Source: a virus. From it: 64,000 bases of DNA. Below are positions 50,701 through 59,267 of this stretch, one piece after another (within the stretch, counting starts at the first letter, position 1; each line of letters begins with the position of its first letter). The notes beneath the pieces were generated by a model that did no database searches, was not told the DNA's origin, and worked only from the letters and a program-made list of their open reading frames with translations. The DNA lies in IMG/VR virus record IMGVR_UViG_3300027788_000010, positions 1-64,000 of that record, one strand, 5' to 3'. The position numbers and the translations under genes were made by a program.

Positions 50701-50983
50701 CTAACGAACTTTTATTTTGTGGTTTTAAAAAATTAATTTCACCATCATGTAATGAGACGGTAACAGATGCGTCAGAAGCTCCCCTTGCGGAAATGAGTTT
50801 TGACCTAGGTATTACTTTGGCTGTTAGGTTTACGTACATCACCAAATCTTCCTGTCTAACAAGTCTATCTTTAATAACTGTACCGTCAACACTCACAACC
50901 TTATTAGGGTCAATCAACACTACGTTACCACCTACTTGTTTACTATATACATTTTCACTACCACTTACAATGTTATCTGCCAT
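44774..50983 (-). CDS. Giant baseplate hub-like protein with a C-terminal M23 peptidase (tail-associated lysin)
   Basis: N-terminal FGIRSIEI..VNIDFVDIRG and late SYQCKVTCFGNALIQP..FSGPYLIMDVNHSI..TTFTGVR resemble the gp27/GPD hub. C-terminal HKGVD, GGYGNHV, GNTGNSSGTHLHYE are M23 zinc motifs. Confidence 0.75.
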   Translation of the reverse strand: MADNIVSGSENVYSKQVGGNVVLIDPNKVVSVDGTVIKDRLVRQEDLVMYVNLTAKVIPRSKLISARGASDASVTVSLHDGEINFLKPQNKSSLDSDWTEAFTDTNVNKIKRKQDVSDKGQTFTSKSIDSRNDFQGFGIRSIEINISSSFVPEVNIDFVDIRGKTLFEQAEANTPYTAFFHLPYPVFELTIKGYYGKAVKYQLALTNFTTSFDSSTGDFKMRGTFIGNHIALLNDINVQQAMLAPYMYPNLSSGVDGELGESLGRKTLNEVYNIYKLKKLIPQDFPHLTINELIEKVDKFTDRLGEKLNKVDLQFTNDQKLYSGKLKDLYNSIFGQDGWVSTFITKDESEYIPLDITISSNNQNINEKSKKAVAMKLKAVDDEYIKNAESKLEYLLEGYKKVLNENRTFGKLGGKGAITSIDNFTVYNQRAKNNQANNLDQIPAKGYYVLDVTPKSFGGTYTRVFEEFDKNFKDIQTSVTEKLNKTFIEVLEFYPSMRNLSAVLISGVDTYLRLMDNVHTKAFDQRFSEKRIESVTGPTKAGFQDTPSRFENQCFPWPQYYESNDETGELVLTYPGASGSLSKTEAYNPLLWPEIQFIEEYTKVANFKEADKVFPTINEATYLGSIPISVREYPFNDKVYDNNKTKNDILWEIVDRAEDFVNYVGVSGYKSLASGEKSMTDTVLEASKNDSKNLTKILESDFKMSEFFSGNNLKWDSLFRELKKDSPERYENWENNVINTLYIRNKNLQNTSIPGTNYGLYATSTIFNTNVDNGEYLKYVDLYRKGKKTEDGDFDFYPFNFRNINQLKVKLADSITITGQKFYDIDKLTIPSASRVYGTTNHNYFFTNWNWKSEIENIDLYNQVINELSVVKSFTTKDNWSAYYDTKQDILNQSLTEGINNLSESLSRQSVSMLNTPWFANAIYRGGQNVNAGNTTGAYSDAAYLYLNSLPITSTLEKTIIGFSGKHQYGGYVAQLIKQLASYHELPYSFILKIGSLWWNYKNETPEEFSVFGGLGSGDGGTMGNDGDIRCNEWYVDPAYSNGYGWFDYSDNGNVLPGLDINQQTLGLWPRLISMTHNIITGSNILPTVGTWVPVQDLQTNFLGGYIMEIVKEEIPKVEVDGVEYSFYTTYADSNNIPSGFGVQELDPATNPYYILYPSSGGLVNSDLEYIGDNITTAAFDGSARFLWAGAGFGSFDVKSGTNYGAIYGRVPWSNYFKRVNNAKVEQDAWSINLTTTTSSNYESFNELLSIFPTQVLEKFEDEFIKFSTTKNPNASIVDGQYTSFIEIFKKIMVVPKEYVTEITGNITHTTQDIANAQLSQFLNINDVFLNQTIIYKHGSVNGFDIITRLDGQGGGTPTNQLIGLLLDKGKIKESYNLPKYIATDWPVGYLDVQFQMEIGEVVMTKEEFGTPTQFQNVCNLCFQFFVNFDISPITVFSFAQILKYYVTTCANLVTPTSKQDFVVILKNLQDTNFDVERNVYINNFLKEVSKIDPLGKLRGEVDEDPERPKIDGDNLKLELYQSFKTFNDKWIAGTEVQGSDLKKPTSTSNGGVPYYNTIFERFLFLDRRNMDIGNEAVGDIYVFKGLALASESPGSVSVNQNISAFMSNMCRTNFFNWIPLPSYINFYNIEGNETAKQGNAMFGAFKEVDTTDSSPVYLCQYVGPPSTNLDIKTPTYGFNNDSFILDRVSPNPLINNKPPTDPESLNLENKVMAFAVDFGIPNQQIFQDISLDQTEFPNTSESFIIIEDMGKLASGSKVATNSLNLFNLYKSRSYQCKVTCFGNALIQPTTYFQLRYIPMFSGPYLIMDVNHSISNGEMTTTFTGVRVGIPSLPKVTDLLSGIQETLLKNLKESETEDVGNVTDGLDSFDLVGNSITQLNDEEDIIKINILGIEVKDPVNLSKIVKPSGAQIFEAKRKGRLHKGVDYSPKQEFKGEEIAITSPVTGILSKKYGGCKVGTGKACGGGYGNHVYITRTLIKQTDTSSWVKDAVSKYEFVLAHFKDKSFIANNVGTAITKGQFLGNMGNTGNSSGTHLHYEIRRYVIDENLSEKMEYLNPDKFDSDYITEIG

Positions 50984-51290
50984 AATATAATAAATGTTTA
51001 TCTAATTCGCTCTTATAATCTAGTAAACTAACATTTAAAGGGAATGGTACTCTAATAATAGTCCCATCTAATATATTCCATTCCACACCACCATAAGATG
51101 GGTTTGCTTGTAAAATTAACCAACCAAAATAAGGATTTTCGTACATTTGTTGTGAGATTTTATCCAACCTACTTCTCCCAACTTTATACACCACGAATCT
51201 ATCACTAGTCTTTTCTGGTATTTTTATTAATGGTACGGGTTTATTCACCCCGTTAACCACAAAATCTTTGTATCTATTATAATATGACAT
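50973..51290 (-). CDS. LysM-like baseplate protein (T4 gp53 / P2 gpX-like)
   Basis: RLDKISQQMYENPYFGWLILQANP...GTIIRVP. Confidence 0.8.
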   Translation of the reverse strand: MSYYNRYKDFVVNGVNKPVPLIKIPEKTSDRFVVYKVGRSRLDKISQQMYENPYFGWLILQANPSYGGVEWNILDGTIIRVPFPLNVSLLDYKSELDKHLLYYGR

Positions 51291-51291
51291 T

Positions 51292-52383
51292 TTATGATAT
51301 TGTTATGTTATTAATTACTTTGTTATTATAACCTTTATTGTTGGTTCCAACTATGGTTGTTTTAAAAAACTCTCTAACCAATAATAACTCACTATAATTT
51401 TCTGTAAAGACAACTTCAAGGTTATCTGTTGTTGGTTGTCTACCAATTAAGGTTTTTAATTTTTGTGGTATTTCGTTTTTACTAAAGTAAATTTCATACT
51501 GTTTGGTGTCATAATCTAAAAGTGTTATAGCAAATTTTAATATGTTTTTTCTATACTCACCTACAATTTTTTTGTCCACACCCTTTTTGTACTTGGTTTT
51601 TACTTTTGTCAAATCATTAATTAATTTGTTGTTCCTATAACGTATTAGCTTCTCCGCGTATCCGTATCTAGTATGTGATGACATATAATTTTTAATACTA
51701 ATATCAGATAATTCACTAATAAAAAAAAGATATTCATTATTGTACACTATATTACTTTCATAATTATTTTTTACACTCCCAAACATGGTTGAACAGAATT
51801 TTTCAAAATCATTACTGGTGTTACTAACTTTGTTCCTTAATGTTTGTATGGTGGCACCACTAGTTAGTGTGTAATTTACTAAACCATTTGCTGACGAACC
51901 CGTTAAATATCCACCCACCAAACCAGCTGATAAGTTTAATTTGTCTACCGACTTAGTCATTAATATTTGTGAGTCTCTTAATTCAATTAAGAATTTAGTA
52001 ACTAACTGTCTAATACTCAACCAAGAATCTTTAGAGTGTTTTAACAATACTTGTTTTATATATTCTCTATCATACACACTACTAGTTATTGGTAGTTGTG
52101 TTTGTAGGTTGGTTGTCTCTGTTGTTATCGAGTTTACTAATTCAGTATATCTATTATCTAACCTTTTTAACCCATTATTTGGGTAACCGACGATATTCAT
52201 ACTTGTATCCATTATATTACCCCACTCATAACCAACATCTTCAAAAATTTCTTCAAGAACACCATGACCTTTCTGTGTGTATAAATCTATAAAAGTTGTA
52301 TTGGTGAGTGTGCTGTAATCTTTTACATTTTTTAAGAATGTATTATATAAAACTTTATAATTTACTGTACCTGTTAAACTCAT
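51292..52383 (-). CDS. Hypothetical protein in the baseplate cluster
   Basis: 363-aa ORF with helical composition, between the initiator-like and LysM genes. Confidence 0.55.
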   Translation of the reverse strand: MSLTGTVNYKVLYNTFLKNVKDYSTLTNTTFIDLYTQKGHGVLEEIFEDVGYEWGNIMDTSMNIVGYPNNGLKRLDNRYTELVNSITTETTNLQTQLPITSSVYDREYIKQVLLKHSKDSWLSIRQLVTKFLIELRDSQILMTKSVDKLNLSAGLVGGYLTGSSANGLVNYTLTSGATIQTLRNKVSNTSNDFEKFCSTMFGSVKNNYESNIVYNNEYLFFISELSDISIKNYMSSHTRYGYAEKLIRYRNNKLINDLTKVKTKYKKGVDKKIVGEYRKNILKFAITLLDYDTKQYEIYFSKNEIPQKLKTLIGRQPTTDNLEVVFTENYSELLLVREFFKTTIVGTNNKGYNNKVINNITIS

Positions 52384-52393
52384 ATTTAATTTT

Positions 52394-55330
52394 TTATTTA
52401 CCCATAAAACCAGTTTCCCCTTCTGGTGTTATAGTACTTCCTTCTGGTTTTTTAAAGACGTTTGATAGGTTATTTGCGAAGTCACTTATTGATTCATTTA
52501 GTGTTTTCGGTATCGTTTCCTCTGCCGGTGTAGCTCTTTCGTCGTATAGTTCTGTATTCGCAAAATAACTAAACGATAAAGCGTTTTGTAATTCACTAAC
52601 TGGCCCGGATAAACCTTGGCCACCAATAAACTTTAGGTTTGTTGATACATCTACAATCATTGGTTGCACACCAATACCTTCAGGGTTTAAATCAAATACT
52701 AATGGTTCGTAACTAAAACTTACAGAATCTATAGCTACTTTAGTGTGGTAAAAATCACCAATTCGTAATACACACACAGGTGGTGGTCCAAAAGCTGTGT
52801 TATCAGCGTCGATAACGGTCGTACCTTGTTCTGTTACTGTCGGTATGGTTTTCCCAGGTCTAACACATTGTAATAAAAAAGTAAGTCTGGCGTTTAAACC
52901 TTCCGGTGTCATGGAATGAAAAGCTGGGTGAAAGAATTTTAAATTATCTCTTAGTGATTGGTATATAAATGGGTACTGTTCTTTTATAAAATTAAAGTAA
53001 TTCATTTCTCCCATCATTTTTCTAATTACCTTGGTTAACGTAGATTTCTTATCGACCCCACCAATAATAAACCCAGCCCCTATAGTCCCTTGTGTTGGGT
53101 TGGTTACGTTAATTTGACCGCTTTCGGAGTCTATTTCTTGTTGTTTCTCTATTTCGGAAACTATATCACTATCCATAAACCCACCCAAGTCTTTTTGCCC
53201 ACCAGAATTTTCGATAACGGTTTGCTGTGTATTAGAATTCATTTCTTGTGTTACCTCTTTTGATTGTCCAGCTAGTGAAATTTGTATATTCATTAGTTCG
53301 TCTAGACTAAAGTTTGGGTACTCTTCGGCTAACTTATATATATCGTAGTCTCTACAACCAGCAAAAAAACTTTCTACAATTGCGTCAGCTTCATTATCTG
53401 GTATATTTTTAATTTGCCTATCTATTATGGTATTTAATATCGATGGGTGGTCAACCACAATTTTAAACGATAACGTACCAATCCTTTCTGTATGACTATA
53501 AGTGTATATTGGTTCTGGTCTACCCAAGAAATGATTTGGTGACCAACTTGCTGAATTTGTATCACCAAAACTTAAATCATAAGGTGGGAACCACATTATC
53601 CTACCACCATTTGGGCCTTTTTCTGAGGCTGGTAAATTACTTTGTTCTCCAGTACCTCGCCAAGCTAAATTTTCTATAGAAAACATATATTTTTTAACTT
53701 TAGTTCCGGTAGGCATAGTAGTCGACTTACCTTTTTCTGGGTTAGTTGGTGCTATATTTAGGTTAAATGTGGAGTCTAGTACTGAATCGGAGTTATTCCA
53801 TTGGTTTCCCTTTGTCTTAACCAAGTTACTAAAGTTAGAATATGTATCGTCTTTTGTCCAACTTCTACAATACTCAACACAATTCCACGTTACCTCCCCT
53901 GGCGTGAAATTTATAACTCTAGAACCTTTAGATAAATTTTTATACCCATCATTAAATACTTTAGATACCTGGTCTATAGCATTACCAGCGTGTTTCCATT
54001 TCGCTCCACCATATGCTGGAGCTGAATCAACAATTTTTTGTGTATAATCTAATAACGAACCTTTCTTTTTAGGTTTAAAATCAGACCTAGTAGAAGCAAA
54101 TAACATAGATTGGTTTCCAGATGCTATAGAATTTTTACCAAACCAGGTAAAACCACCCTCTAAACTCCCACCATCTGTTGTTGCGACACCCAAAGGTCCG
54201 AAATTATAATACCTCCATAAAGCTCTACCGTCAACATTGGCGAATTCTTTATAAACTTCAGAAGGACCATAGACTAAAGCTTGTATTTGTTTACCAAAAA
54301 CGTCTTTTGGTGTGGCGTCAATAGGTGATTGTATAAGACCTGGGTCTGTATTTTTACTACCAACATAATAATTAGATAGTGGTTTTTCTACCGAAGAATC
54401 TACTTTTACTTCTGAGTAGTCAGGCCTAAACACATTATAATTTAAATTACTGAATAATAGTGATTGTTGGTCTTTCCCCATATACTCGATAAACTTATCA
54501 GATGGTGATGATATGTTTAATGGTGCATTTGGTAACCCACTAGTGTCTGGTTTACTCTGACTACTTGGTGTTACTTGTGATATGTTATTCGCCCCTTGAC
54601 CAGCAATACTATTAATGTTGGGTGGTGATGATGGTGTTGTGTAGTATCCTGGTATTGTTGAGTCTGGTGAAAAATTACCGCTTAACCTAGTTAGATAATC
54701 TGATTTTTCAGGAATCAACATACCGGGTTTAGTGGTTACATTAAGTTTCGCACTACCTTTTTCACTAACATTAAAATCAAACTGAGCTATATTAAACCCT
54801 AAATTATCTTTTAGGTATGGTAATGAAGAGTTAATTAATATAGAATCATCTAAAATTTCAGAATTTATTATAACTTTTTGACCGTTAGTACTACGTATCG
54901 AGTTTAAAACTTCTATAGCTGTGTAGTTTGATGTTATAAATCCTTGTGGTTGTACGGTATTTGGGCTTATGTATTGTAGTTGTGCTTCTTTTACTAAATT
55001 AACAACATTGACCGATAGTGGGTTGCCGTAACCACCGTCTGGTCCGTATTTATTTACTAAAAATTGTGTTTTTTTAAATTCTATTCCGTTAATGTCGGTA
55101 CCTTCTTCGGGTGATTTGGAGGCTTTAACCGAAAATACCTGTGGGTTCTCCACCACAACACTACCAGGTTTTTGACCACCATCAGGTATTTGACTCCCCC
55201 TATTTAAATAAGAACCGTCTAAATTTTTATTTAAAAGAGCTTCCCTAATCAATCTAGTACTTTCAATTCCTATCTTAAAATCACCTAAAGCATATGGGTA
55301 CGATATTTGTGAATTTTTGCCTACTGACAT
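52394..55330 (-). CDS. Tail-tube initiator / baseplate protein (gp48/gp54-like domain)
   Basis: FPPY..SW...FLGRPEPIYTYSHTERIGTLSFKIVVD and PPVCVLRIGDFY..IDSVSFSYE. Position directly after the tape-measure-like gene. Confidence 0.6.
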   Translation of the reverse strand: MSVGKNSQISYPYALGDFKIGIESTRLIREALLNKNLDGSYLNRGSQIPDGGQKPGSVVVENPQVFSVKASKSPEEGTDINGIEFKKTQFLVNKYGPDGGYGNPLSVNVVNLVKEAQLQYISPNTVQPQGFITSNYTAIEVLNSIRSTNGQKVIINSEILDDSILINSSLPYLKDNLGFNIAQFDFNVSEKGSAKLNVTTKPGMLIPEKSDYLTRLSGNFSPDSTIPGYYTTPSSPPNINSIAGQGANNISQVTPSSQSKPDTSGLPNAPLNISSPSDKFIEYMGKDQQSLLFSNLNYNVFRPDYSEVKVDSSVEKPLSNYYVGSKNTDPGLIQSPIDATPKDVFGKQIQALVYGPSEVYKEFANVDGRALWRYYNFGPLGVATTDGGSLEGGFTWFGKNSIASGNQSMLFASTRSDFKPKKKGSLLDYTQKIVDSAPAYGGAKWKHAGNAIDQVSKVFNDGYKNLSKGSRVINFTPGEVTWNCVEYCRSWTKDDTYSNFSNLVKTKGNQWNNSDSVLDSTFNLNIAPTNPEKGKSTTMPTGTKVKKYMFSIENLAWRGTGEQSNLPASEKGPNGGRIMWFPPYDLSFGDTNSASWSPNHFLGRPEPIYTYSHTERIGTLSFKIVVDHPSILNTIIDRQIKNIPDNEADAIVESFFAGCRDYDIYKLAEEYPNFSLDELMNIQISLAGQSKEVTQEMNSNTQQTVIENSGGQKDLGGFMDSDIVSEIEKQQEIDSESGQINVTNPTQGTIGAGFIIGGVDKKSTLTKVIRKMMGEMNYFNFIKEQYPFIYQSLRDNLKFFHPAFHSMTPEGLNARLTFLLQCVRPGKTIPTVTEQGTTVIDADNTAFGPPPVCVLRIGDFYHTKVAIDSVSFSYEPLVFDLNPEGIGVQPMIVDVSTNLKFIGGQGLSGPVSELQNALSFSYFANTELYDERATPAEETIPKTLNESISDFANNLSNVFKKPEGSTITPEGETGFMGK

Positions 55331-55385
55331 AAGTTTATTATTTTATTATAAATAGATTGTCGTTAAGTTTTTAACTTAATAACAC

Positions 55386-57593
55386 CTAAACACCAGGCTG
55401 TTTATTGCCTGGGTTATTTTGTATTGAAATAGCACTAGACAATTCTCTAATTAAAAATGGGGTTAGTGCTGAATGAATTTGTTTATCGGTTAACTTAATA
55501 CTATTACCATCATACAATATTTCTAGTGGTGAAAATGTGATATTAATATTATTCCCGTTGGCGGTTGGGGTGTTACCTCCGTAGGTCTTGTTATTACTGT
55601 TATTATAGTTATTTACAATTTGTTGACCTTCTGGGGAGTTTAAATAAGCGTCAATATCACTAGCGTTTAATGGTCCTCCACTTGGTGACTCAACTGGTGG
55701 GACATAACCAACTGGAGAGTCACCCGTATACCCACCTTTCGCAGACACATAAGCCTCACTTAGGCCCGTACCTTTTGCTCCATACTCTAAAGCTGAACCA
55801 AACCCAGTTGTTGTGGTACTGAGTAATTCCTTCATTGATAGGGATTTTTGGTCACCGTCACTAAACATTTTACCAACATCCCCAGCTATTAGTTTATCAC
55901 CAAAATCTGAATTCGCTAACGCAGCAGCAAAATCCTGGGCTGAAGTACCTAACTCACCACTAGCGGCCATTGAGGTTAAAAAAGTTTGTATCACAGATAC
56001 ATTCGCCGCCATACCCTCTTGGACTGTAAGTTGAGCTTTATTAACCTCATCTAAATCCATACCCTCTTTTTTTGATTGTTTTTGTAGGGTTTCCAATAAA
56101 GTACTATCTTCTGCCATAGCATCAGCAAGTTGGTCAAAACCTATTTCTTGGTCACCCATTTTAAGTAAAAACTCACCATCTGGATTAATGTCAGCCATTG
56201 AAGCTATCAACTCTTTGTCTTGTTTACTTAACTCTGGAATCCCACCTAATTTCCCAATAGCCTGAGTTCTTTTAGCTGCTTTAATCGCTGTTTCCGCTAA
56301 ATTATCATAATCTTGTCCGGTCGCTTCAGCTATAGCTTTTAACCTTAATCTTTCTGCTGGTGTTATACCAAAGTCACCAGTAGCTTCGTTAAATGAAACC
56401 GCACTTTCTGCTGTTTTTACAAGTGAGTCTTTTAAAGCGTCAACATCATTTTGAGCCATATACATTAACTGGAATGGGTCTAGTAATTCACTAGCCGCAC
56501 CACCAATCATTTGTAATTTAGACGCCATTTCAATTGCCCCTTCTGGTGTGAATGCTTTATCCGAAGCCTGGTACACATTATTCATTTTATACCCTAGGAT
56601 TTGTGCTTCTGCTACCATTTCTGTTAAACCATCAACACCATTCTTAAAACCATAAGTGTTAATTTTTTCTATCTGACTTTGGACTGATGGTAGAAATTTA
56701 GATACTACAGCTCCATATCTTCCCGCGGTTGCTATGGCTTTATTTGTTGTTTCTGTAGCTTCTATCGACCCAACACCAATTTTATCAAACTCAGCTAACA
56801 TCTTACCCATGTCCATACCGTATAACTTTTCCAACTTAGTTGCTTGGACTAGGGCCTCATCAGGTAATATAAAAGCTCTACCCGTTTCTAGTGCTGTACT
56901 TTTTAAAACTTGGAAAGCGTCATTTACTGTTATAGCGAAACCTTTAAAGTCTCTACTTGCAATAGTAACACCTTGTATCACACCATCCATCAATTCCGGG
57001 TCTAAACCTATACTACTAGTTAAATCTTTTTTAAACTGGTCTGTTAGTGATAGTATATCCAAATAAACACTTTGTATTGCCGCTGTTCTACCCCCTTCAC
57101 CACCACCAGCACCCCCAGTCATAACCGAAATCATCCCTAACGTTTCGTTAAGTGTTAAGTCAGCTTGACTTCTTTGTCTATCTAATTCAGAAGTTATGTT
57201 TTTTAATTTACTTCTAATCGCTTTTGAGTTACCTGAATCGTACTTACTTCTGGTGGTACTAGTGTTTGTATAATTTTGGTCTTGTAGGGCGTCTTTGAAA
57301 CTGGCGTCCGTAACATTTATCACCTCACCAGCGTTGGGCCCATCCGCGACCACCAATTCAACAACAAATGATGGTATCGGACGACCAACCCCTAGTTTTT
57401 TTGCTAATTTAGTGGAGATTGGGTTACCACCCTTACCCAATTTATTTATGGAATTGATTCTAGATTGTCTAGTTGGTTCGTCGTACGTGTTAAATATACC
57501 TAACGGTACACCCAACTCTGGATGGGAAGCTAAATACGGAATACCTTTAGATAAGGAACCCTCAATTGATAGTTGTATTGATACGTTAATCAT
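55386..57593 (-). CDS. Probable tape measure protein
   Basis: 735-aa Ala/Gly-rich helical protein located immediately after the tail tube and chaperone genes. Confidence 0.6.
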   Translation of the reverse strand: MINVSIQLSIEGSLSKGIPYLASHPELGVPLGIFNTYDEPTRQSRINSINKLGKGGNPISTKLAKKLGVGRPIPSFVVELVVADGPNAGEVINVTDASFKDALQDQNYTNTSTTRSKYDSGNSKAIRSKLKNITSELDRQRSQADLTLNETLGMISVMTGGAGGGEGGRTAAIQSVYLDILSLTDQFKKDLTSSIGLDPELMDGVIQGVTIASRDFKGFAITVNDAFQVLKSTALETGRAFILPDEALVQATKLEKLYGMDMGKMLAEFDKIGVGSIEATETTNKAIATAGRYGAVVSKFLPSVQSQIEKINTYGFKNGVDGLTEMVAEAQILGYKMNNVYQASDKAFTPEGAIEMASKLQMIGGAASELLDPFQLMYMAQNDVDALKDSLVKTAESAVSFNEATGDFGITPAERLRLKAIAEATGQDYDNLAETAIKAAKRTQAIGKLGGIPELSKQDKELIASMADINPDGEFLLKMGDQEIGFDQLADAMAEDSTLLETLQKQSKKEGMDLDEVNKAQLTVQEGMAANVSVIQTFLTSMAASGELGTSAQDFAAALANSDFGDKLIAGDVGKMFSDGDQKSLSMKELLSTTTTGFGSALEYGAKGTGLSEAYVSAKGGYTGDSPVGYVPPVESPSGGPLNASDIDAYLNSPEGQQIVNNYNNSNNKTYGGNTPTANGNNINITFSPLEILYDGNSIKLTDKQIHSALTPFLIRELSSAISIQNNPGNKQPGV

Positions 57594-57616
57594 AGAATTG
57601 TTTAACTATAAATATT

Positions 57617-57811
57617 TTATCTTTTGTTTTTGTTCTGTGCTTGTTCAATTGCCTCATTTCTCTTCTCTATTTCCTCCGAAAATTTATTAAGATAGAATCT
57701 TCTTTCGAAGACAGGCATGTTAAGAATGTCTTTTCTGGTGAAACTGAAGTTTTTACTTAGGTAGTAAATCTCTTCCAGCAGCGCATACCTATAGCCCGAA
57801 GAAAGGGCGAA
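57617..57811 (-). CDS. Unannotated small ORF (T4 gp51-like / tail chaperone 'T' segment), probably a frameshift extension
   Basis: Hand translation: FALSSGYRYALLEEIYYLSKNFSFTRKDILNMPVFERRFYLNKFSEEIEKRNEAIEQAQNKNKR*. It fills the gap exactly and has no ATG/GTG/TTG before the internal MPVFER. Confidence 0.7.
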   Translation of the reverse strand, partial: FALSSGYRYALLEEIYYLSKNFSFTRKDILNMPVFERRFYLNKFSEEIEKRNEAIEQAQNKNKR

Positions 57812-58541
57812 AAAAGTTTAAACCAAAATTAAGTGTGAATTTAACTTCTTTACCAGAAGGAGCTGTTGTGGTTCTAGTAACATCTAAACCTGGTTGTACT
57901 TGTGATAAGAATTTTTTAACAGCTTGAGCGTCTTTTAATGGTAGTGTGTGTATTGTTGCTGATAGTGTCATTGGGTCTACTTCCCCATCTATATCAATTA
58001 TACTTTTTTCTAGTCGTTTTGTAGCCATGGGTTTAACCTTCATATCCCCGTAACTTTTTTCTAAGTCATCCAAATCTAACTGGTCTTTTGGTGTTATAAG
58101 TCTTAGTTTAACTTTTTTATTTGACATAGGTAATGTAAAATTAAATTGGCCCTTCTCGTTGGGTTCGAACTTAACTTCTTTGGTTCTTACGATTGATAGG
58201 TCTTCTATGTGGTCAAACTGTTTATTAGTGTCTGGGTCTGTAAGTGTAAATTTATACTCCGAACCAAAAGCGGTATTACGTAAGAAAATAAAGATAGCCT
58301 GTTTATCACATTCAGCTAATTGTTTAACATCAATATCTTTGTCTTGTATTTTATTTTGCAATAAAACATCCATTAGTTCACCAGATTGTGATAAATTTGT
58401 GGATGATAGTATGTTTTCGTCTGATGCTGTTAAATAAGAAACTTTTAAACTTTTTTTATTATAAAAAATACCATTAGATGGTAATGTAACAACATCATAC
58501 GCTATTGTTGGTTCTATTTGTGAATTATTGTAATTTTCCAT
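57789..58541 (-). CDS. Tail assembly chaperone / baseplate hub assembly protein (T4 gp26-like)
   Basis: VTLPSNG.FY; LTASDENIL; IFLRNTAFG; FTLP; PGLD; ends NFFRP. Lies after the tail tube gene. Confidence 0.7.
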   Translation of the reverse strand: MENYNNSQIEPTIAYDVVTLPSNGIFYNKKSLKVSYLTASDENILSSTNLSQSGELMDVLLQNKIQDKDIDVKQLAECDKQAIFIFLRNTAFGSEYKFTLTDPDTNKQFDHIEDLSIVRTKEVKFEPNEKGQFNFTLPMSNKKVKLRLITPKDQLDLDDLEKSYGDMKVKPMATKRLEKSIIDIDGEVDPMTLSATIHTLPLKDAQAVKKFLSQVQPGLDVTRTTTAPSGKEVKFTLNFGLNFFRPFFGL

Positions 58542-58627
58542 TTGATATATGCTTTATGCTTTATTTTAGTAAAAAATACCTATATAACCATATATAGTAA
58601 ATAGGTTTCGTCGGTAACTATTAGAAT

Positions 58628-58653
58628 AAAAAAAAGCCTTACTCGGTAAGGCT
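58628..58653 (-). terminator. Rho-independent terminator after the tail tube gene
   Basis: Minus strand AGCCTTAC-CGA-GTAAGGCT followed by a T run. Confidence 0.85.
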
Positions 58654-58681
58654 ATTAATTAGTATGTTATAATAAGTTATA

Positions 58682-59170
58682 TTAGTAAACTAATATACAT
58701 CTATCAGGTCTTAGAGTCGCCGCTATATTAGCCAGACCTTCATCACTATAACCCAAATCGTTAAAATTAACGTCAGTTAAAAAACAACCTTGTAAAACCC
58801 ACTTTTCAACAACTACACCTGTTGGGTCCAACATTTCCAAATCAATATTTTTTTTATACCCAGCAGCGTAACCCATTCTACCGGTTACTGACTCAGCGTG
58901 TAATCTAACCCACTCCATAAGTGCTTGTGAAGCTGATGGCCCAATTGGGTCTCTAAAAGTTACGTTGATTGTACCCCACGTAAACCTACCAGCTACATAT
59001 GTGGATGTATTTAAAAATGGTATTTCTACAGCCCCTATGGTAACTTGTGGTCTTGATGTACTTTCTACGTACCATTCGTTAATACCTAAAGACGAATCAA
59101 ATCTCATTATAAACCTATTCTTTTTCTTTGGTTCATACGGTACGGGCATTTTCATTAATAAATCGGCCAT
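58682..59170 (-). CDS. Tail tube protein (T4 gp19-like)
   Basis: EPKKKNRF; RP; YVAGRFTWGTINVTFRDPI; MEWV; YKK; LDPTGVVVEKW.L.GCF. Confidence 0.9.
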   Translation of the reverse strand: MADLLMKMPVPYEPKKKNRFIMRFDSSLGINEWYVESTSRPQVTIGAVEIPFLNTSTYVAGRFTWGTINVTFRDPIGPSASQALMEWVRLHAESVTGRMGYAAGYKKNIDLEMLDPTGVVVEKWVLQGCFLTDVNFNDLGYSDEGLANIAATLRPDRCILVY

Positions 59171-59267
59171 GTTGTTTTAATTTTTAATTTTTTTATTTAT
59201 AATAACCATTATACGGTTTATTGTTTAATAGTTATAACTATAAATATACCGTTACAGCAAAATAACG

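Noticed and set aside
57755-57818. Classical -1 frameshift at the chaperone end
   Set aside because: The -1 frame reaches TAA after about 20 codons and leaves the gap unexplained. Only the +1/-2 frame is open to 57617.
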